From Clostridia bacterium (lineage in GTDB: Bacteria; Bacillota; Clostridia; Christensenellales; SZUA-584), in NCBI GenBank assembly GCA_018648645.1, contig JABGQS010000003.1:1791-65790 (forward strand): a DNA stretch of 64,000 bases, given 5' to 3'. Position numbers and translations under genes: made by a program. Under the pieces are notes generated by a model that had not been told where the DNA came from, ran no database searches, and saw nothing but the letters and a program-made list of their open reading frames with translations. Of this stretch, positions 8,358 through 18,481 are shown piece after piece (position 1 is the first letter of the stretch; every line of letters starts with the position of its first letter).

Positions 8358-9649
8358 AATTCCTTATACATTTCTACGTTTGCATTGTGCTCTTCTAGCG
8401 TGCGTGCAAAAGCGAGGTCATCCGTTCCGGCCTCCTTGTTGCAGAAATACAAATACCCATCTGAAACATATTCCTCGTTTGGCGACAACGCAGCCTCAAT
8501 CGCTTTCTGCCCGGGGTTCGCCACAGGGCCGACCGGCAGTCCCGCATACATATACGTGTTATACGGCGAGTCAATCTCCAGCTCAATTGACGTATACACA
8601 AACTTTTTCTCGCCGGTTACATATCGCATCGTTGCGCACGAATCCAGCGTCATCTCGTTACTGAGGCGATTATAAAACACCGCCGACACCTTGCCGTAAT
8701 CGTTCGGAAGCGCTTCCCACTCTATCAAAGAAGCAAGCGTTATAATCTCGTCAATGCTCATACCTATCTCATTTGCCCGGTCCTCATAGGAGAGCGTAAA
8801 TATAGTGTCAAACCTAGTTAGCAGTCGCACGATAATATCTTTTGGCGACTCGTCGATATAAAACTCATACGTGTCGGGGAAAAGATACCCTTCAAGCAGA
8901 TACTTTCTTTTCGCTACATTTGGTCTGCTCACAATCGCCTTGATGAACTTAAAATCACTAAACTCAGAGGTGTCGTTACAAAGCTCAAGGAACTCGAGCT
9001 TTTGGTCTTCGCTGAAAATCCCCTTGTTTTCAATCGCATCCGCAATGTTTTCTATCGTCATACCTTCGGTAAACGTGACCTTGACTATTTGTCTGCCGCC
9101 GTCTCCGTCTCCAAGCATCTTAATAATATCGTCCATACTCATGCTTGGGGAGAACGCATACTCTCCGGCAATCAATGAAGATGCCATGTCCTTTAAATCA
9201 ACATAAAGCTGAAAAACAAGCTTGTTGCGAATAATACCTTCCTCATGTAGCGTAGTCGCGATTGTGGACAACGAAGAGCCTGTTTTAATCTCAATTGTTT
9301 TAGAGATTGTCGAATCTGCGTCCACCGGCGCAAAATACGAGTTTTCGACATAGCGATATGCCGTGATACCCAAATAAACAATCAGCCCGGCGCTGACAAC
9401 AAAAATCAACAGCGGTCGCAGCACCTTCCAAATCATGGACAACGGAGTGTAGTTCTTGATCGCACCGCGCTCCTCGCACCGCTCAACCGGCGCTTTGCCA
9501 TTCTCGACGGTAATCTGCGATTTTGCGTCTTTGCCGGATTTCGAATTCACGGAGTCAAACGCTTTAGTTTCGCCGCCGGGTTCCTGCGCGTCCTTCTGCT
9601 CAAACTCAACATGTATTTCGTTTTCTTTGGACCCATTATCCTTGCTCAT
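8351..9649 (-). CDS. mltG: endolytic murein transglycosylase MltG (YceG family)
   Basis: N-terminal TM segment, then a YceG core with LASLIEWEA, VFYNRL, LDSCATMRY and NTYMYAGLPVGPVANPG. Confidence 0.9.
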   Translation of the reverse strand: MSKDNGSKENEIHVEFEQKDAQEPGGETKAFDSVNSKSGKDAKSQITVENGKAPVERCEERGAIKNYTPLSMIWKVLRPLLIFVVSAGLIVYLGITAYRYVENSYFAPVDADSTISKTIEIKTGSSLSTIATTLHEEGIIRNKLVFQLYVDLKDMASSLIAGEYAFSPSMSMDDIIKMLGDGDGGRQIVKVTFTEGMTIENIADAIENKGIFSEDQKLEFLELCNDTSEFSDFKFIKAIVSRPNVAKRKYLLEGYLFPDTYEFYIDESPKDIIVRLLTRFDTIFTLSYEDRANEIGMSIDEIITLASLIEWEALPNDYGKVSAVFYNRLSNEMTLDSCATMRYVTGEKKFVYTSIELEIDSPYNTYMYAGLPVGPVANPGQKAIEAALSPNEEYVSDGYLYFCNKEAGTDDLAFARTLEEHNANVEMYKEFW

Positions 9650-9657
9650 TGCCTATC

Positions 9658-10005
9658 CTACTCTTTTAAAAAATCAAGCCCTAAATCGCACGCGTCCGAA
9701 ATTATCTTATAAACATCGCCAACCATCGTTTGGAACCGATACTCTGCTGCAAAATAGCTAGAAACATCCGGGTTAAACTGAAGCACCTCACCGAGTTTTT
9801 TGAGCTTTTCCATCGTTTCTTCAGACGGCTCGTTGCCCGTCATCATGCTTGCCTGCGCTTCTAATTGCAGCTTTTTATAATCTTCCAGTAGTCCTTTGGT
9901 TTTCTCGTCAGCAGTTACTATTTTCTTTAAACGCGCATACTCTTTATAATCCGCACTGTCTTGGATTTCCTTTGCCAAATCGTGTGCTTTGTCATATACA
10001 AACAT
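9658..10005 (-). CDS. YlbF/YmcA-family protein
   Basis: 115-aa helical protein, MFVYDKAHDLAKEIQDSADYKEYARLKK...LQFNPDVSSYFAAEYRF, matching the Com_YlbF pattern as I remember it. Confidence 0.6.
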   Translation of the reverse strand: MFVYDKAHDLAKEIQDSADYKEYARLKKIVTADEKTKGLLEDYKKLQLEAQASMMTGNEPSEETMEKLKKLGEVLQFNPDVSSYFAAEYRFQTMVGDVYKIISDACDLGLDFLKE

Positions 10006-10016
10006 ATTGCGCCTCC

Positions 10017-11678
10017 TTACATATCAATGATAATCGGCAGTATCATCGGGCTGCGTTTTGTGTTCTCATAGAGGTAATTGCGCACAGCCTTCTTAATCCG
10101 ACCTTTGATAGTCGTCCAATCAGAAACCTGCTTGCTCGCACAGTCCTCCACAACACCGGTGATGATGTCTTTCGCGCCGTCAAGAAGATCGCCCGACTCT
10201 TTCATATACACAAATCCTCTGCTGATAATCTCCGGTCCGCTTAGCAGCTCGCCCGTCTCTTGCGATATCGAAACGACAACCATAAACAACCCGTCTTGAC
10301 TCAACAGCTTCCTGTCGCGCAGCACAACGTTGCCGACGTCTCCAACGCCAAGCCCGTCTATAATCACGCTGCCCGCTGTCACAGTCTCTGTAAACCTGCT
10401 AAACCGCTTGCCGATTTCCATCACTTTGCCAATCTCGGGTATAAATATGTTTTTCTTTTTCACACCAAGGCTCTCGGCAAGTTTCGCGTGCCGATACAGA
10501 TGACGATATTCTCCGTGAACAGGTATAAAATACTTTGGCTTGGTAAGCGCCAGCATCAGCTTTAGCTCTTCCGCGCACGCATGTCCCGAGACATGAACAT
10601 TTGCCACCCCCTCGTTGATGACATCCGCACCCTTGCGGTATAGCATGTTGATAACGTTAGAAACATACCGCTCGTTACCGGGTATCGGTGTCGCAGATAT
10701 AATGACCAAATCACCGGGTATCATGGTAAGCCTTCTGTGCTCGCCCGCCGCCATTCGCACAAGCCCGGACATGGTTTCGCCCTGACTGCCTGTAGTCAAA
10801 ATAACGATCTTATTCTTCTTCATCTTGGGGAGGTCTTCCATCTCCACCAGCATACTCTCGTCAATATTAAGGTATCCAAGCTCGGTCGCGACCTTTGCAA
10901 TTTTCAGCATGCTTCTGCCCGACAGACAAACTTTCCTGCCAAACCGCTTAGAAGCGCTGATAACCTGCTGCAATCGATGAATGTTGGAAGCAAATGTCGC
11001 TACGATAATGCGCCCCGATGCTTTCTTGAAATAGTTTTCGAACGTTTCGCCAACCTGGCTCTCAGACTTGGTAAAGCCGGGTGTTTCTGCGTTGGTGCTG
11101 TCGCTCATCAGAGCAAGCACGCCCTTGTTCCCGAGATCAGCGAACTTGGCTAAGTCAATTACCTTGCCGTCGATGGGGGTATAGTCTATTTTGAAATCGC
11201 CCGTGTGCACTATTACACCTGCGGGTGTGTGCAGCGCGTATCCAACTGCAGCATCAATGCTGTGGCTCACCTTAATCGCTTCGATTTTGAACGAGCCGAT
11301 TGAAAAACTGTCTCCGGCCGCAATGATGTTCAGATCAAAGCCCTTTAGTTTTCTCTCTTCAAGCTTCTTCTCAATCAGCGCAAGCGCCAAGTCCGTGCCG
11401 TAAACAGGAGCACCAAGCTCGGGCAGCAGATACGGCGTCGCGCCGATGTGATCTTCGTGCCCGTGCGTAATCAGTATTGCCTTAATCTTATGCTTGTTCT
11501 CTCTCAAATACGTTATATCGGGGATTACGTAATCGACACCCAGCATGTCTTCCCTTGGGAAGCACAGCCCGCAATCCACAATAAGGATTTCGTCCGCATA
11601 TTCAATCACCGTCATATTCTTCCCAATCTCGCCGATACCGCCGAGCGGGGTAATTCTAATGTTACTTTGTTTAGCCAA
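10017..11678 (-). CDS. rnj: ribonuclease J
   Basis: 553 aa. IRITPLGGIGEIGKNMTVIEY. Metallo-beta-lactamase motif ITHGHEDHIG. Beta-CASP and C-terminal domain layout. Confidence 0.95.
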   Translation of the reverse strand: MAKQSNIRITPLGGIGEIGKNMTVIEYADEILIVDCGLCFPREDMLGVDYVIPDITYLRENKHKIKAILITHGHEDHIGATPYLLPELGAPVYGTDLALALIEKKLEERKLKGFDLNIIAAGDSFSIGSFKIEAIKVSHSIDAAVGYALHTPAGVIVHTGDFKIDYTPIDGKVIDLAKFADLGNKGVLALMSDSTNAETPGFTKSESQVGETFENYFKKASGRIIVATFASNIHRLQQVISASKRFGRKVCLSGRSMLKIAKVATELGYLNIDESMLVEMEDLPKMKKNKIVILTTGSQGETMSGLVRMAAGEHRRLTMIPGDLVIISATPIPGNERYVSNVINMLYRKGADVINEGVANVHVSGHACAEELKLMLALTKPKYFIPVHGEYRHLYRHAKLAESLGVKKKNIFIPEIGKVMEIGKRFSRFTETVTAGSVIIDGLGVGDVGNVVLRDRKLLSQDGLFMVVVSISQETGELLSGPEIISRGFVYMKESGDLLDGAKDIITGVVEDCASKQVSDWTTIKGRIKKAVRNYLYENTKRSPMILPIIIDM

Positions 11679-11907
11679 AATTCTGTCCTCGCTTTCACTT
11701 CATGTATATATTAATTTATTTGTATTCTATTGATAAGCTGACGCCAATACGCAGCCATACACAGTTATTATACCATACTTTGTATAAGAAATATCATTCC
11801 AATGTAAATATCCCGTGAACAAGATGTAAAGCAACTGCCCGCCTATAGCACTACGATGATATTTATGATAAAATAACAACACGATTTACAGATTGGCAGG
11901 AGCCTAA

Positions 11908-12969
11908 ATGGACGCACAAAAAATACTAAACAAAGACATAAAACGGTTTTATAAAAAGGCTTTCTTGCTGGCACTCCGATATCGCGGTTATGTTTCGCAA
12001 GCCTTCAAGATATACAGATACCAAAAACGCACAATGCAGACGAGAAATGCCTACAAGCAGCAGGATATCGAAGTACCGCCGGTGATGATTATAAGCGTCA
12101 CGAACGAGTGCAACCTCAACTGCGAAGGGTGCTACTCCAAAGCGCTGCACAAAGACACGGGCAAAGAAATGGGAGAGGATGAGCTTAACAAGCTGCTTGC
12201 CGAGTCACTAGAACTAGGTGTCGCAACTGTGCTCATAGCCGGGGGAGAGCCTTTCATGCGAGAAGATATTTTGGACGTGCTTGCCGCTTTTCCTGAGATG
12301 CTTTTCATCGTGTTCACCAACGGCACTATGATCGACGAAGCAAGCGCTGCCTTTTTAAAATCGCACAAGCACATCATTCCCGTCGTCAGCATCGAAGGAG
12401 AGGATTTTCACACTGAGCAGCGGCGGGGCAGCGGCATGGGCGACTTGACGCAAAACAGCATGAAGCTGCTACGCGACAAAGGCATATTGTTTGGGCAGTC
12501 GTTCACAGTCACAAGCAAAAACTTAAAGGAAATCACACAGCCCGATTTCGTGAAACGACAGATGAAAAATGGATCAGGCGTCATATTCTACATTTCATAC
12601 GTGCCGTTCGAGCCGGGCACGGAAGACCTGTCCATCAAACACGAAGGAACCGAGTATCTGCGAAATACCGTGAAAAAGCTGGATAAATCGCTCAATACCA
12701 TGTTTATGTGCTTCCCTGCTGATGAGGACAGGCTAGGCGGCTGTATATCCGCCGGTACAGGCTTTATACACGTTTCGCCGTCTGGCGATATCGAGCCGTG
12801 CCCTTTCTCGCCATATAAAAAGTTCAACATTCAAGAGCACACATTGCTCGGAGCGCTAAACTCAAAATACTTCAAAACCATACGCGCCAATCGCCACCTG
12901 CTCGACGAAAAGGACGGCGTTTGCGCACTATTCGAGAACCAAGACTGGCTTGATGGAATAGACGAATAG
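11908..12969 (+). CDS. radical SAM protein (stand-alone)
   Basis: CNLNCEGCY (CxxxCxxC), GGEPF glycine box, and C-terminal Cys-containing region GGCISAGTGFIHVSPSGDIEPCPFSP. Confidence 0.8.
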   Translation: MDAQKILNKDIKRFYKKAFLLALRYRGYVSQAFKIYRYQKRTMQTRNAYKQQDIEVPPVMIISVTNECNLNCEGCYSKALHKDTGKEMGEDELNKLLAESLELGVATVLIAGGEPFMREDILDVLAAFPEMLFIVFTNGTMIDEASAAFLKSHKHIIPVVSIEGEDFHTEQRRGSGMGDLTQNSMKLLRDKGILFGQSFTVTSKNLKEITQPDFVKRQMKNGSGVIFYISYVPFEPGTEDLSIKHEGTEYLRNTVKKLDKSLNTMFMCFPADEDRLGGCISAGTGFIHVSPSGDIEPCPFSPYKKFNIQEHTLLGALNSKYFKTIRANRHLLDEKDGVCALFENQDWLDGIDE

Positions 12970-12974
12970 CCAAA

Positions 12975-13016
12975 CAAAAAAACTGTGCATTCGATATGAT
13001 ATGCACGGTTTTTTTA
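12975..13016. terminator. bidirectional rho-independent terminator (radical SAM gene / hslU)
   Basis: Stem aactgtgcat / atgcacggtt with one G-U pair, flanked by an A-tract on the left and a T-tract on the right. Confidence 0.75.
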
Positions 13017-13036
13017 TTTAAATTATATTGCAACTT

Positions 13037-14419
13037 TTAAAGTATGAATCTCCCCAAATCGTTATCTTTCAGCCGCCCCTTCAAATGCTCCTTCACATAA
13101 GCCGCGTCTATTTTCACATCCATCAACGGATGATCGCCACTCGCGTTATACGATATATCCTCCAGCAGATTTTCGATAACCGTGTGCAGTCTTCGCGCGC
13201 CTATGTTTTCGCTGGTCTCGTTTACCAGCACTGCATATTTTGCTATCGCTTCAACCGCATCGTCCTCAAACACCAGTCGCACGTTGTCCGCTTCCAGCAG
13301 CGCTTGATACTGCTTAATCAGCGCGTTTTTCGGCTGCACCAATATCAGCTCCATATCCTTTGCCGACAAGCTTTTCAGCTCCACCTTAATCGGGAAACGT
13401 CCTTGCAGCTCGGGTATCAAATCCGACACCTTAGCCGTGTGGAACGCACCTGCCGCGATGAACAGCATGTAATCGGTCTTGACGGGTCCATACTTTGTAA
13501 CAACTGTGCTACCTTCGACAATCGGCAATATATCGCGCTGCACGCCTTCTCGCGAGATGTCGGGGCCTTGCCCCATGGTTTTACCAGCCACTTTGTCAAT
13601 CTCGTCAAGGAAGATGATGCCGTCCTGCTCTGCCCGCTCAATCGCCGTGCTCGTAACTTCGTCCATGTCAATCAGCTTATCGGCTTCTTCCTGCGTAAAT
13701 ATCTTTCTCGCTTCACTGACGCTCACTCTGCGCTTCTTGGTTTTTTGCGGCATGATTCCGCTGAACATACTTCCAAGGTTAATATCGCTGCCCATTCCCG
13801 CGATCTCGATACCGATGGACGAATTATCCTCAACCTCAACTTCAATCAGTGTATCTTCCAGCCTGCCTGCTCTTAGCAGCGCAAGTGTTTCCTCGTGTTT
13901 TGTCATGCGCCGCTGTTTCTCTTCCGGTGACTCCGGAGGCGGAGCTGCGGCGCTTTGTCCAAGCAGCGCCTGAAACGGGTTCTGCTGCGTCTGCTCTTTC
14001 CTGCTCATAGGCGCCAATACGTCAACGAGCCGCTCTTCCGCTTGCTTCTCAGCCTTTTCCTTAACCGACTCCTGCCTGCTGGTCTTAACCATGCGGATAG
14101 ACGCTTCCACCAAATCGCGTATCATCGACTCAACATCGCGCCCGACATACCCAACTTCGGTAAACTTCGTCGCTTCCACCTTGATAAACGGCGCTTGCAT
14201 CAGCTTGCTCAGCCGCCGCGCAATCTCCGTCTTACCAACGCCTGTCGGACCCACCATGATGATGTTCTTAGGCGTAATCTCGTCCTGCATCTCTTTGTCA
14301 AGCATATTGCGTCGGTATCTGTTCCTCAGCGCAATCGCGACAGCCTTTTTCGCTTCGTCCTGCCCGATTATATATATATCCAGTTTTTCTACTATTTCTT
14401 TGGGTGTTAGCTGTGACAT
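13037..14419 (-). CDS. hslU: ATP-dependent protease ATPase subunit HslU
   Basis: [34 protein letters not shown], Walker [24 protein letters not shown]. Confidence 0.95.
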   Translation of the reverse strand: MSQLTPKEIVEKLDIYIIGQDEAKKAVAIALRNRYRRNMLDKEMQDEITPKNIIMVGPTGVGKTEIARRLSKLMQAPFIKVEATKFTEVGYVGRDVESMIRDLVEASIRMVKTSRQESVKEKAEKQAEERLVDVLAPMSRKEQTQQNPFQALLGQSAAAPPPESPEEKQRRMTKHEETLALLRAGRLEDTLIEVEVEDNSSIGIEIAGMGSDINLGSMFSGIMPQKTKKRRVSVSEARKIFTQEEADKLIDMDEVTSTAIERAEQDGIIFLDEIDKVAGKTMGQGPDISREGVQRDILPIVEGSTVVTKYGPVKTDYMLFIAAGAFHTAKVSDLIPELQGRFPIKVELKSLSAKDMELILVQPKNALIKQYQALLEADNVRLVFEDDAVEAIAKYAVLVNETSENIGARRLHTVIENLLEDISYNASGDHPLMDVKIDAAYVKEHLKGRLKDNDLGRFIL

Positions 14420-14422
14420 TCT

Positions 14423-14953
14423 CTAGACCTCCTCGACCGTGATTTTGTCGTTTGTGTATATGCAAATCTCGCCCGCAATCAAAATCGCTTTTGTCGCAAT
14501 CTCCAGCGCAGACAATTTTGTGTTTTCCTTCAGTGCTTTTGCCGCTGCCATGGCATAGCTTCCGCCCGAGCCAATCGCTGCAATCTCGTCGTCCGGGCTG
14601 ATGACCTCGCCGCTGCCCGACACAATCAAAAGCTCGTCCTTGTCCGCCGCAATCAGCATCGCTTCAAGCTTTCGCAGCATCTTGTCGCTGCGCCATTCCT
14701 GCGCAAGCTCGACAGCCGCGCGCTGCAAACTTCCGCTATACTGCTCCAGCTTTGCTTCAAACCGCTCAGAGAGTGTGAACGCATCCGCAACGCTTCCGGC
14801 AAACCCGACAACTACCTTGTCGTCGAACAGCCGCCTCACCTTCTTTGCGTTGTGCTTCATAATTGTATTTTGTCCAAACGTGACCTGACCGTCGCCGGCT
14901 ACCGCACATTTTCCATTCTTTCTTACCGCAACTATCGTTGTAGCTTCCATCAT
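14423..14953 (-). CDS. hslV: ATP-dependent protease subunit HslV
   Basis: [25 protein letters not shown]-terminal Thr-protease signature. 3 nt upstream of hslU. Confidence 0.95.
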   Translation of the reverse strand: MMEATTIVAVRKNGKCAVAGDGQVTFGQNTIMKHNAKKVRRLFDDKVVVGFAGSVADAFTLSERFEAKLEQYSGSLQRAAVELAQEWRSDKMLRKLEAMLIAADKDELLIVSGSGEVISPDDEIAAIGSGGSYAMAAAKALKENTKLSALEIATKAILIAGEICIYTNDKITVEEV

Positions 14954-16272
14954 TTTTCAATACCTCCGTTTGTAATCTGCGCTATTTCCTCAAGCGCACG
15001 CTTGCTTATCGCTTGTTTCCGCTCCCTTTTGGGTGCTCTCATATTAATTGCATTCATGATACCAAAGTTCACATTCATCGGTTGGAAATCTGCGCCCACA
15101 TATCCGCTCACATACTTCGCCAACGCCCCGCACGCAGTGTCTGCGCTAAACGTCGGGGGAGTGGTTTCCAGTATGTCGTGTCCTGCGAAAATCCCTGCCA
15201 GCATACCGCTGCTCGCGCTTTCGATATACCCTTCAACGCCCGTGATTTGCCCCGCAAAGAACAATCCCTTGCGCGCTTTGCTCTCGTAGTGTTCCGTCAA
15301 AATGCTCGGACTGTGTATGTACGTGTTCTTGTGCATAACGCCGTATCGTACAAACTCAGCATGCTCCAGCCCCGGTATCATGCTAAACACCCTTTTCTGC
15401 TCGCCAAACTTCAAATGCGTTTGGAATCCGACGAGGTTGAATAATCTTCCTTCGCTGTCCTCGCGCCTTAGCTGCACCACGGCATACGGCATTTTGTCCG
15501 TGCCGGGGTAATTAAGCCCCTTTGGCTTCAGCGGACCATAGCACAACGTTTGGTACCCTCGTTTCGCCATTGTCTCGACGGGCATGCACCCTTCAAAAAC
15601 CTTGCTGTCTTCAAACCCGTGCATCTTCGCTGTCTCTGCGTTAATCAGCGCTTCGTAAAACTTGTGATACTGCGTCTCGTCCATCGCGCAGTTGATATAA
15701 TCGCTGCCTTTGTCGTACCGCGACGCAAAAAACGCTGTGTCCATATCAACAGATTCGGCGGTCACAATCGGCGCTGCCGCGTCAAAGAACGACAACAGTC
15801 CAACATTATTGCTTATGTCATTGGCTAGTGGTGTTGATACAAGCGGTCCCGCCGCGATAATTACGAAATCATCATCAGGAATCGTCGTTACCTCACGGCG
15901 AACTACGGTGATGTGCTCATTATTGGTGATTGCGTCCGTGATGTATTTGCTAAATTGATGTCGGTCTACTGCAAGCGCACCGCCTGCGGCAACTTTGGTT
16001 GCGTCCGCTGCCTGCATAATCAGCGACCCAATATCGCGCATCTCTTGCTTAAGCAAACCAACAGCGTTACCAAGCCCGTCCGCCCTCAGTGAGTTGCTGC
16101 ACACAAGCTCTGCAAACATGTCGCTGCTGTGCGCATCCGACGTATAATGCGGTTTGCTCTCATATAGCATGACGTCGATGCCGCGCTTTGCCAGCTGATA
16201 TGCCGCTTCGCATCCCGCGAGCCCAGCGCCGACGACCGTTGCACCGGCAACTGTGGCTGTTCTACTCTTCAT
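14950..16272 (-). CDS. trmFO: methylenetetrahydrofolate--tRNA-(uracil-5-)-methyltransferase TrmFO
   Basis: FAD fold [26 protein letters not shown]. Full-length colinearity with Gid/TrmFO. 4-nt overlap with hslV. Confidence 0.95.
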   Translation of the reverse strand: MKSRTATVAGATVVGAGLAGCEAAYQLAKRGIDVMLYESKPHYTSDAHSSDMFAELVCSNSLRADGLGNAVGLLKQEMRDIGSLIMQAADATKVAAGGALAVDRHQFSKYITDAITNNEHITVVRREVTTIPDDDFVIIAAGPLVSTPLANDISNNVGLLSFFDAAAPIVTAESVDMDTAFFASRYDKGSDYINCAMDETQYHKFYEALINAETAKMHGFEDSKVFEGCMPVETMAKRGYQTLCYGPLKPKGLNYPGTDKMPYAVVQLRREDSEGRLFNLVGFQTHLKFGEQKRVFSMIPGLEHAEFVRYGVMHKNTYIHSPSILTEHYESKARKGLFFAGQITGVEGYIESASSGMLAGIFAGHDILETTPPTFSADTACGALAKYVSGYVGADFQPMNVNFGIMNAINMRAPKRERKQAISKRALEEIAQITNGGIEK

Positions 16273-18460
16273 CGGTCTTTTCTTCGGTTTTTTTGCGCTG
16301 GTTTGTCACGCACTCGGGGTTGCTGCACTTCTTATAGCTCTTGCCGTTGCTGCGCCTACGCAAAGCCATCATCGAATTGCACTCTTTGCACTTCTCGTCT
16401 ATCGGCATATCCCACGATACGAAATCGCAATCGGGATACCCTTCGCACCCGTAAAAAATCTTTTTGCGTTTGTTGCTCTTCTTTTCTACAATACGCTTGC
16501 CGCATTTTGGACACGGCGCATCAATATACTTGATAATCGGCTTGGTGTTCTTGCACTCAGGATACCCCGGGCACGCCAGGAACTCGCCAAACCGCCCATC
16601 CTTATAAATCATGGTTTTGCCGCACTTCTCGCAAATCACGTCCGATTCTTTGATTGGCAGCACGACTCGCTCAATGTTCGCGTATCCGTCCTCCAGCGTC
16701 TTTTCAAACGGACCGTAAAATTCGGCAAGCAGCCGTTTCCACTCCTTACCGCCGTTCTCGATATCGTCCAGCTTGTTCTCAAGCTCAGCCGTAAACTCTA
16801 CATTCACGATATCAGCAAAGTTCGCTTTCATCAAATCGTTCACAACTCCGCCAAGGAACGTTGGCTTCAGATTGCGGCCTTCTTTTTCGATATAGCGCCT
16901 GTCCTGTATCGTCGATATTATCGGCGCGTACGTACTCGGTCGCCCGATACCCTTTTCTTCAAGCGCTCGCACAAGCGACGCTTCGTTATATCGGCTTGGC
17001 GGTTGCGTAAAGTTCTGTTTTGGTATAACACTCTTTAGCGGACACACTTCGCCTTCGTGCAGCTTGGGTAGTATGTTGTCTTTAGTCTGCTCGTCTGCCG
17101 CCATATACGCCGCTGTATAGCCTTTAAACAGTTGCCTTGAGCCACTAGCCTTGAATGTATAGCCGCCTGCGTCCAGCGTCACCGACATCGTCTCATATTG
17201 CGACGGGTTCATTTGACTTGCCACAAAGCGCGAGTATATCAGCTTATACAGCTTATACTGGTCTTTGGTAAGCGTGGATTTGAGCGACTCAGGCGTATAC
17301 TCCATGTACGAGGGACGTATCGCTTCATGCGCGTCCTGCGCTTTTTTCGACTTTTTAAAATAGCGCGGTTTCTCGGGTAAATACTCTTTGCCGTACTCCT
17401 TCTCGATATGCGCACGCACTTCGGTAAGCGCGTCCTCCGACACTCGCGTAGAGTCGGTACGTATATAAGTCACAAGACCTACGGCACCGCTGCCTTTAAT
17501 CTCGACACCTTCATATAGCTGCTGCGCAATCAGCATTGTACGCCTAGCGGTAAACCCCAGCTTGCTAGACGCTGCCTGCTGCAGATAACTCGTCGTAAAC
17601 GGTGGCGCAGAGTTCTTTTTCTTCGTGCCCTTTTTGATGGCGTCAATAACAAAATCTTTGCCTTTGATACCGGCAAGAACCTCATCGCTTTGCTGCTTGT
17701 TCTCTACCTTTTGCTTTTTGCCATCCTTGCCAAAATACTTCGCTTCAAATTCATGGTTTTTGCTGCTGTCAAAAAGATTCGCCGCAATTGTCCAAAATTC
17801 TTCGGGTACAAACGCTTCAATCTCCGCTTCTCTGTCGCATATAATACGCACGGCAACCGACTGCACGCGTCCTGCGCTCAGCCCCGTTTTGACTTTTTTC
17901 CAAAGCAGGGGAGACAGCTTATAGCCAACCAACCTGTCAAGCACGCGCCTTGCCTGCTGCGCGTCCACCAAATCTATGTCTATCTTTCTCGGATTGGTGA
18001 TTGCCGCAGTTACTGCCTTTTTGGTAATCTCGTTAAACTCTATTCGGCTAACTTCGCCGACGTCCTCGCCAAGCATATTGGCAATGTGCCACGATATCGC
18101 TTCGCCTTCTCTGTCCGGGTCAGTCGCAAGATAGATTTTTGTTGCACCTGCCGCGCCGCTTTTCAGCGCGTTCACAACGTCCTTCTTGCCTCTAATCTGT
18201 ATGTATTTTGGCTCAAAATCGTTCTCCAGATCAACGCCTAACGTGCTTTTCGGCAAATCGCGCACGTGCCCGTTGCTGGCCGCAACCTTATACCCGCTGC
18301 CCAAAAACTTGTTGATTGTCTTCGCCTTCGCAGGAGACTCAACGATTACCAAATCGTAAGGTGTCTTCTTAGCGGTCGGTTTCCTTTTAGCGGGGGCTTT
18401 CTTTTTAGCGGCTGGCTTCTTTGGGCTCGTTGCCGTTTCGTTTTTCTGCGTTTCTGCCAT
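16262..18460 (-). CDS. topA: DNA topoisomerase I
   Basis: TOPRIM LVIVESPAKAKTI, active-site region, and C-terminal Cys4 zinc fingers (CEKCGKTMIYKDGRFGEFLACPGYPECKNT). Confidence 0.95.
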   Translation of the reverse strand: MAETQKNETATSPKKPAAKKKAPAKRKPTAKKTPYDLVIVESPAKAKTINKFLGSGYKVAASNGHVRDLPKSTLGVDLENDFEPKYIQIRGKKDVVNALKSGAAGATKIYLATDPDREGEAISWHIANMLGEDVGEVSRIEFNEITKKAVTAAITNPRKIDIDLVDAQQARRVLDRLVGYKLSPLLWKKVKTGLSAGRVQSVAVRIICDREAEIEAFVPEEFWTIAANLFDSSKNHEFEAKYFGKDGKKQKVENKQQSDEVLAGIKGKDFVIDAIKKGTKKKNSAPPFTTSYLQQAASSKLGFTARRTMLIAQQLYEGVEIKGSGAVGLVTYIRTDSTRVSEDALTEVRAHIEKEYGKEYLPEKPRYFKKSKKAQDAHEAIRPSYMEYTPESLKSTLTKDQYKLYKLIYSRFVASQMNPSQYETMSVTLDAGGYTFKASGSRQLFKGYTAAYMAADEQTKDNILPKLHEGEVCPLKSVIPKQNFTQPPSRYNEASLVRALEEKGIGRPSTYAPIISTIQDRRYIEKEGRNLKPTFLGGVVNDLMKANFADIVNVEFTAELENKLDDIENGGKEWKRLLAEFYGPFEKTLEDGYANIERVVLPIKESDVICEKCGKTMIYKDGRFGEFLACPGYPECKNTKPIIKYIDAPCPKCGKRIVEKKSNKRKKIFYGCEGYPDCDFVSWDMPIDEKCKECNSMMALRRRSNGKSYKKCSNPECVTNQRKKTEEKTDEE

Positions 18461-18481
18461 TTGTTTTCTCCAAATTTTTAT

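Noticed and set aside
7206-8675. 489-codon plus-strand ORF spanning the U32 and mltG genes
   Set aside because: It is exactly codon-antisense to the well-supported U32 gene and has no SD. The translation is Arg/Ala/His-rich and low in complexity, with no motifs. It ends soon after entering mltG, where the register changes. It is a shadow ORF.
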